Below, piece after piece: positions 14,879 to 15,953 of a stretch of DNA of 15,953 bases. The notes under the pieces were generated by a model. The model did no database searches. It was not told where the DNA came from and worked only from the letters and a program-made list of their open reading frames with translations. How positions within the stretch are numbered: position 1 is the stretch's first letter; the number at the start of each line of letters is the position of its first letter. The stretch spans positions 1 through 15,953 of the forward strand of contig JAOUEV010000069.1 in the NCBI GenBank assembly GCA_029858565.1, in the 5' to 3' direction. This DNA is from Nitrospirota bacterium. GTDB lineage: Bacteria; Nitrospirota; UBA9217. The position numbers and the translations under genes were made by a program.

Positions 14879-15953
14879 GCCAAACTATGCCGCCGGTCCT
14901 GAGCATATGCAGCGGCGCGGCGCTGACCGTCACGGTCAGCGGCCTGCCCGATGAGGACGCCGCCCATCTTCAAAAACTGCTCGTCACTTCCGGTCTCCTA
15001 TTCCGCCCCGGCTTCGAATTCCCGAAGCCGGGCGTTGTTTCCATCCATGGATCCATTGACCAGCTCCGGCACTGCTGGGGCAGGCTCGCTTCGCACAAGC
15101 CGCTTCCGGAACGCATCCGCGCCTTGTTCGGCGCCCAGCTTGACAACTATCTGCGCACGGATTATAAGGTAGATATTCGGTCCGCGAAGCTGGACCTGGG
15201 TTCGCGGACGCACATCATGGGCATCCTGAACGTCACGCCGGACTCTTTCTCAGATGGCGGTCGTTACAGCACCGTTGACCGGGCCGTTGCCCATGCGGCT
15301 GACATGAAGCTTTCAGGAGCCGATATCATCGATGTCGGCGGAGAGTCCACGAGACCCGGCGCGGAACCGCTCTCCGAGGACGAGGAACTGGCCCGCATCA
15401 TTCCGGTCATTGAGCGCATTTCCCGTGATAGCGCGGTACCCCTGTCCGTGGACACCTATAAATCGTCGGTCGCGCACAGGGCTCTCAAGGCCGGAGCGTC
15501 CATGGTGAACGATATCAGCGGCCTCCGTTTCTCGCCGGATATGGCGAAGATCGCCGGCGATCATGGCGCCGCGGTCGTGGTCATGCATATCAAGGGCACG
15601 CCCCGGGACATGCAGAGGGATCCGGTCTACGGAGACGTTATCGGTGAGATCACGGAATACCTTGCGGAAAGCATAGAGATCGCTCTCAAGGGCGGGGTCC
15701 GGCGCGACAGGATCATGATCGATCCGGGCATCGGATTCGGCAAGACCCTGGAACACAACCTGACGATCCTCCAACGGCTGGACGAGTTCCGCATCCTCGG
15801 CTGCCCCATCGTCCTGGGAACCTCCCGGAAACGCTTCATCGGGACGGTGCTGGACCTGCCGGAACCGCAGGACCGCGCCGCAGGAACAGCCGCGACCGTT
15901 GCCCTGGGCGTTGCAAAAGGCGCCCAGGTCCTTCGGGTCCACGACGTTGCGCA
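14875..15953 (+). CDS. folP: Dihydropteroate synthase, long form, 3'-truncated by the window edge (absent from the ORF track)
   Basis: Open frame from GTG 14875 (GTGA overlap with the ftsH stop; alternative ATG 14887). Manual translation gives [58 protein letters not shown] and RVHDV. Confidence 0.95.
   Translation, partial: MSQTMPPVLSICSGAALTVTVSGLPDEDAAHLQKLLVTSGLLFRPGFEFPKPGVVSIHGSIDQLRHCWGRLASHKPLPERIRALFGAQLDNYLRTDYKVDIRSAKLDLGSRTHIMGILNVTPDSFSDGGRYSTVDRAVAHAADMKLSGADIIDVGGESTRPGAEPLSEDEELARIIPVIERISRDSAVPLSVDTYKSSVAHRALKAGASMVNDISGLRFSPDMAKIAGDHGAAVVVMHIKGTPRDMQRDPVYGDVIGEITEYLAESIEIALKGGVRRDRIMIDPGIGFGKTLEHNLTILQRLDEFRILGCPIVLGTSRKRFIGTVLDLPEPQDRAAGTAATVALGVAKGAQVLRVHDVA

Overview
GC-rich bacterial chromosomal segment. 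The gene content is compatible with Nitrospirota or Desulfobacterota, but that is an inference. The window starts inside the 5' end of a class IIC group II intron (minus strand, GTGCG at 125), inserted directly after an intrinsic terminator. A minus-strand block follows: a secreted OB-fold-like protein, a CysL-like LysR regulator, pepA, rlpA, a small Lys-rich protein, an atypical REC-PilZ protein, a TPR-like lipoprotein, a small 8-Cys protein and a 999-aa M1 peptidase-ChaN-PDZ fusion. The divergent plus-strand block holds a DksA/TraR protein with a histone-H1-like tail, a tRNA with a CAT anticodon and the conserved tilS-hpt-ftsH-folP cluster; folP is truncated at the window edge. The most unusual non-coding signal is four intergenic 'inverted arrays of short tandem repeats' (819-1027, 1946-2008, 6684-6760, 12261-12328). 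Each lies directly after a stop codon, with a purine-rich repeat arm followed by its reverse-complement arm, and the unit sequences mostly differ between sites.
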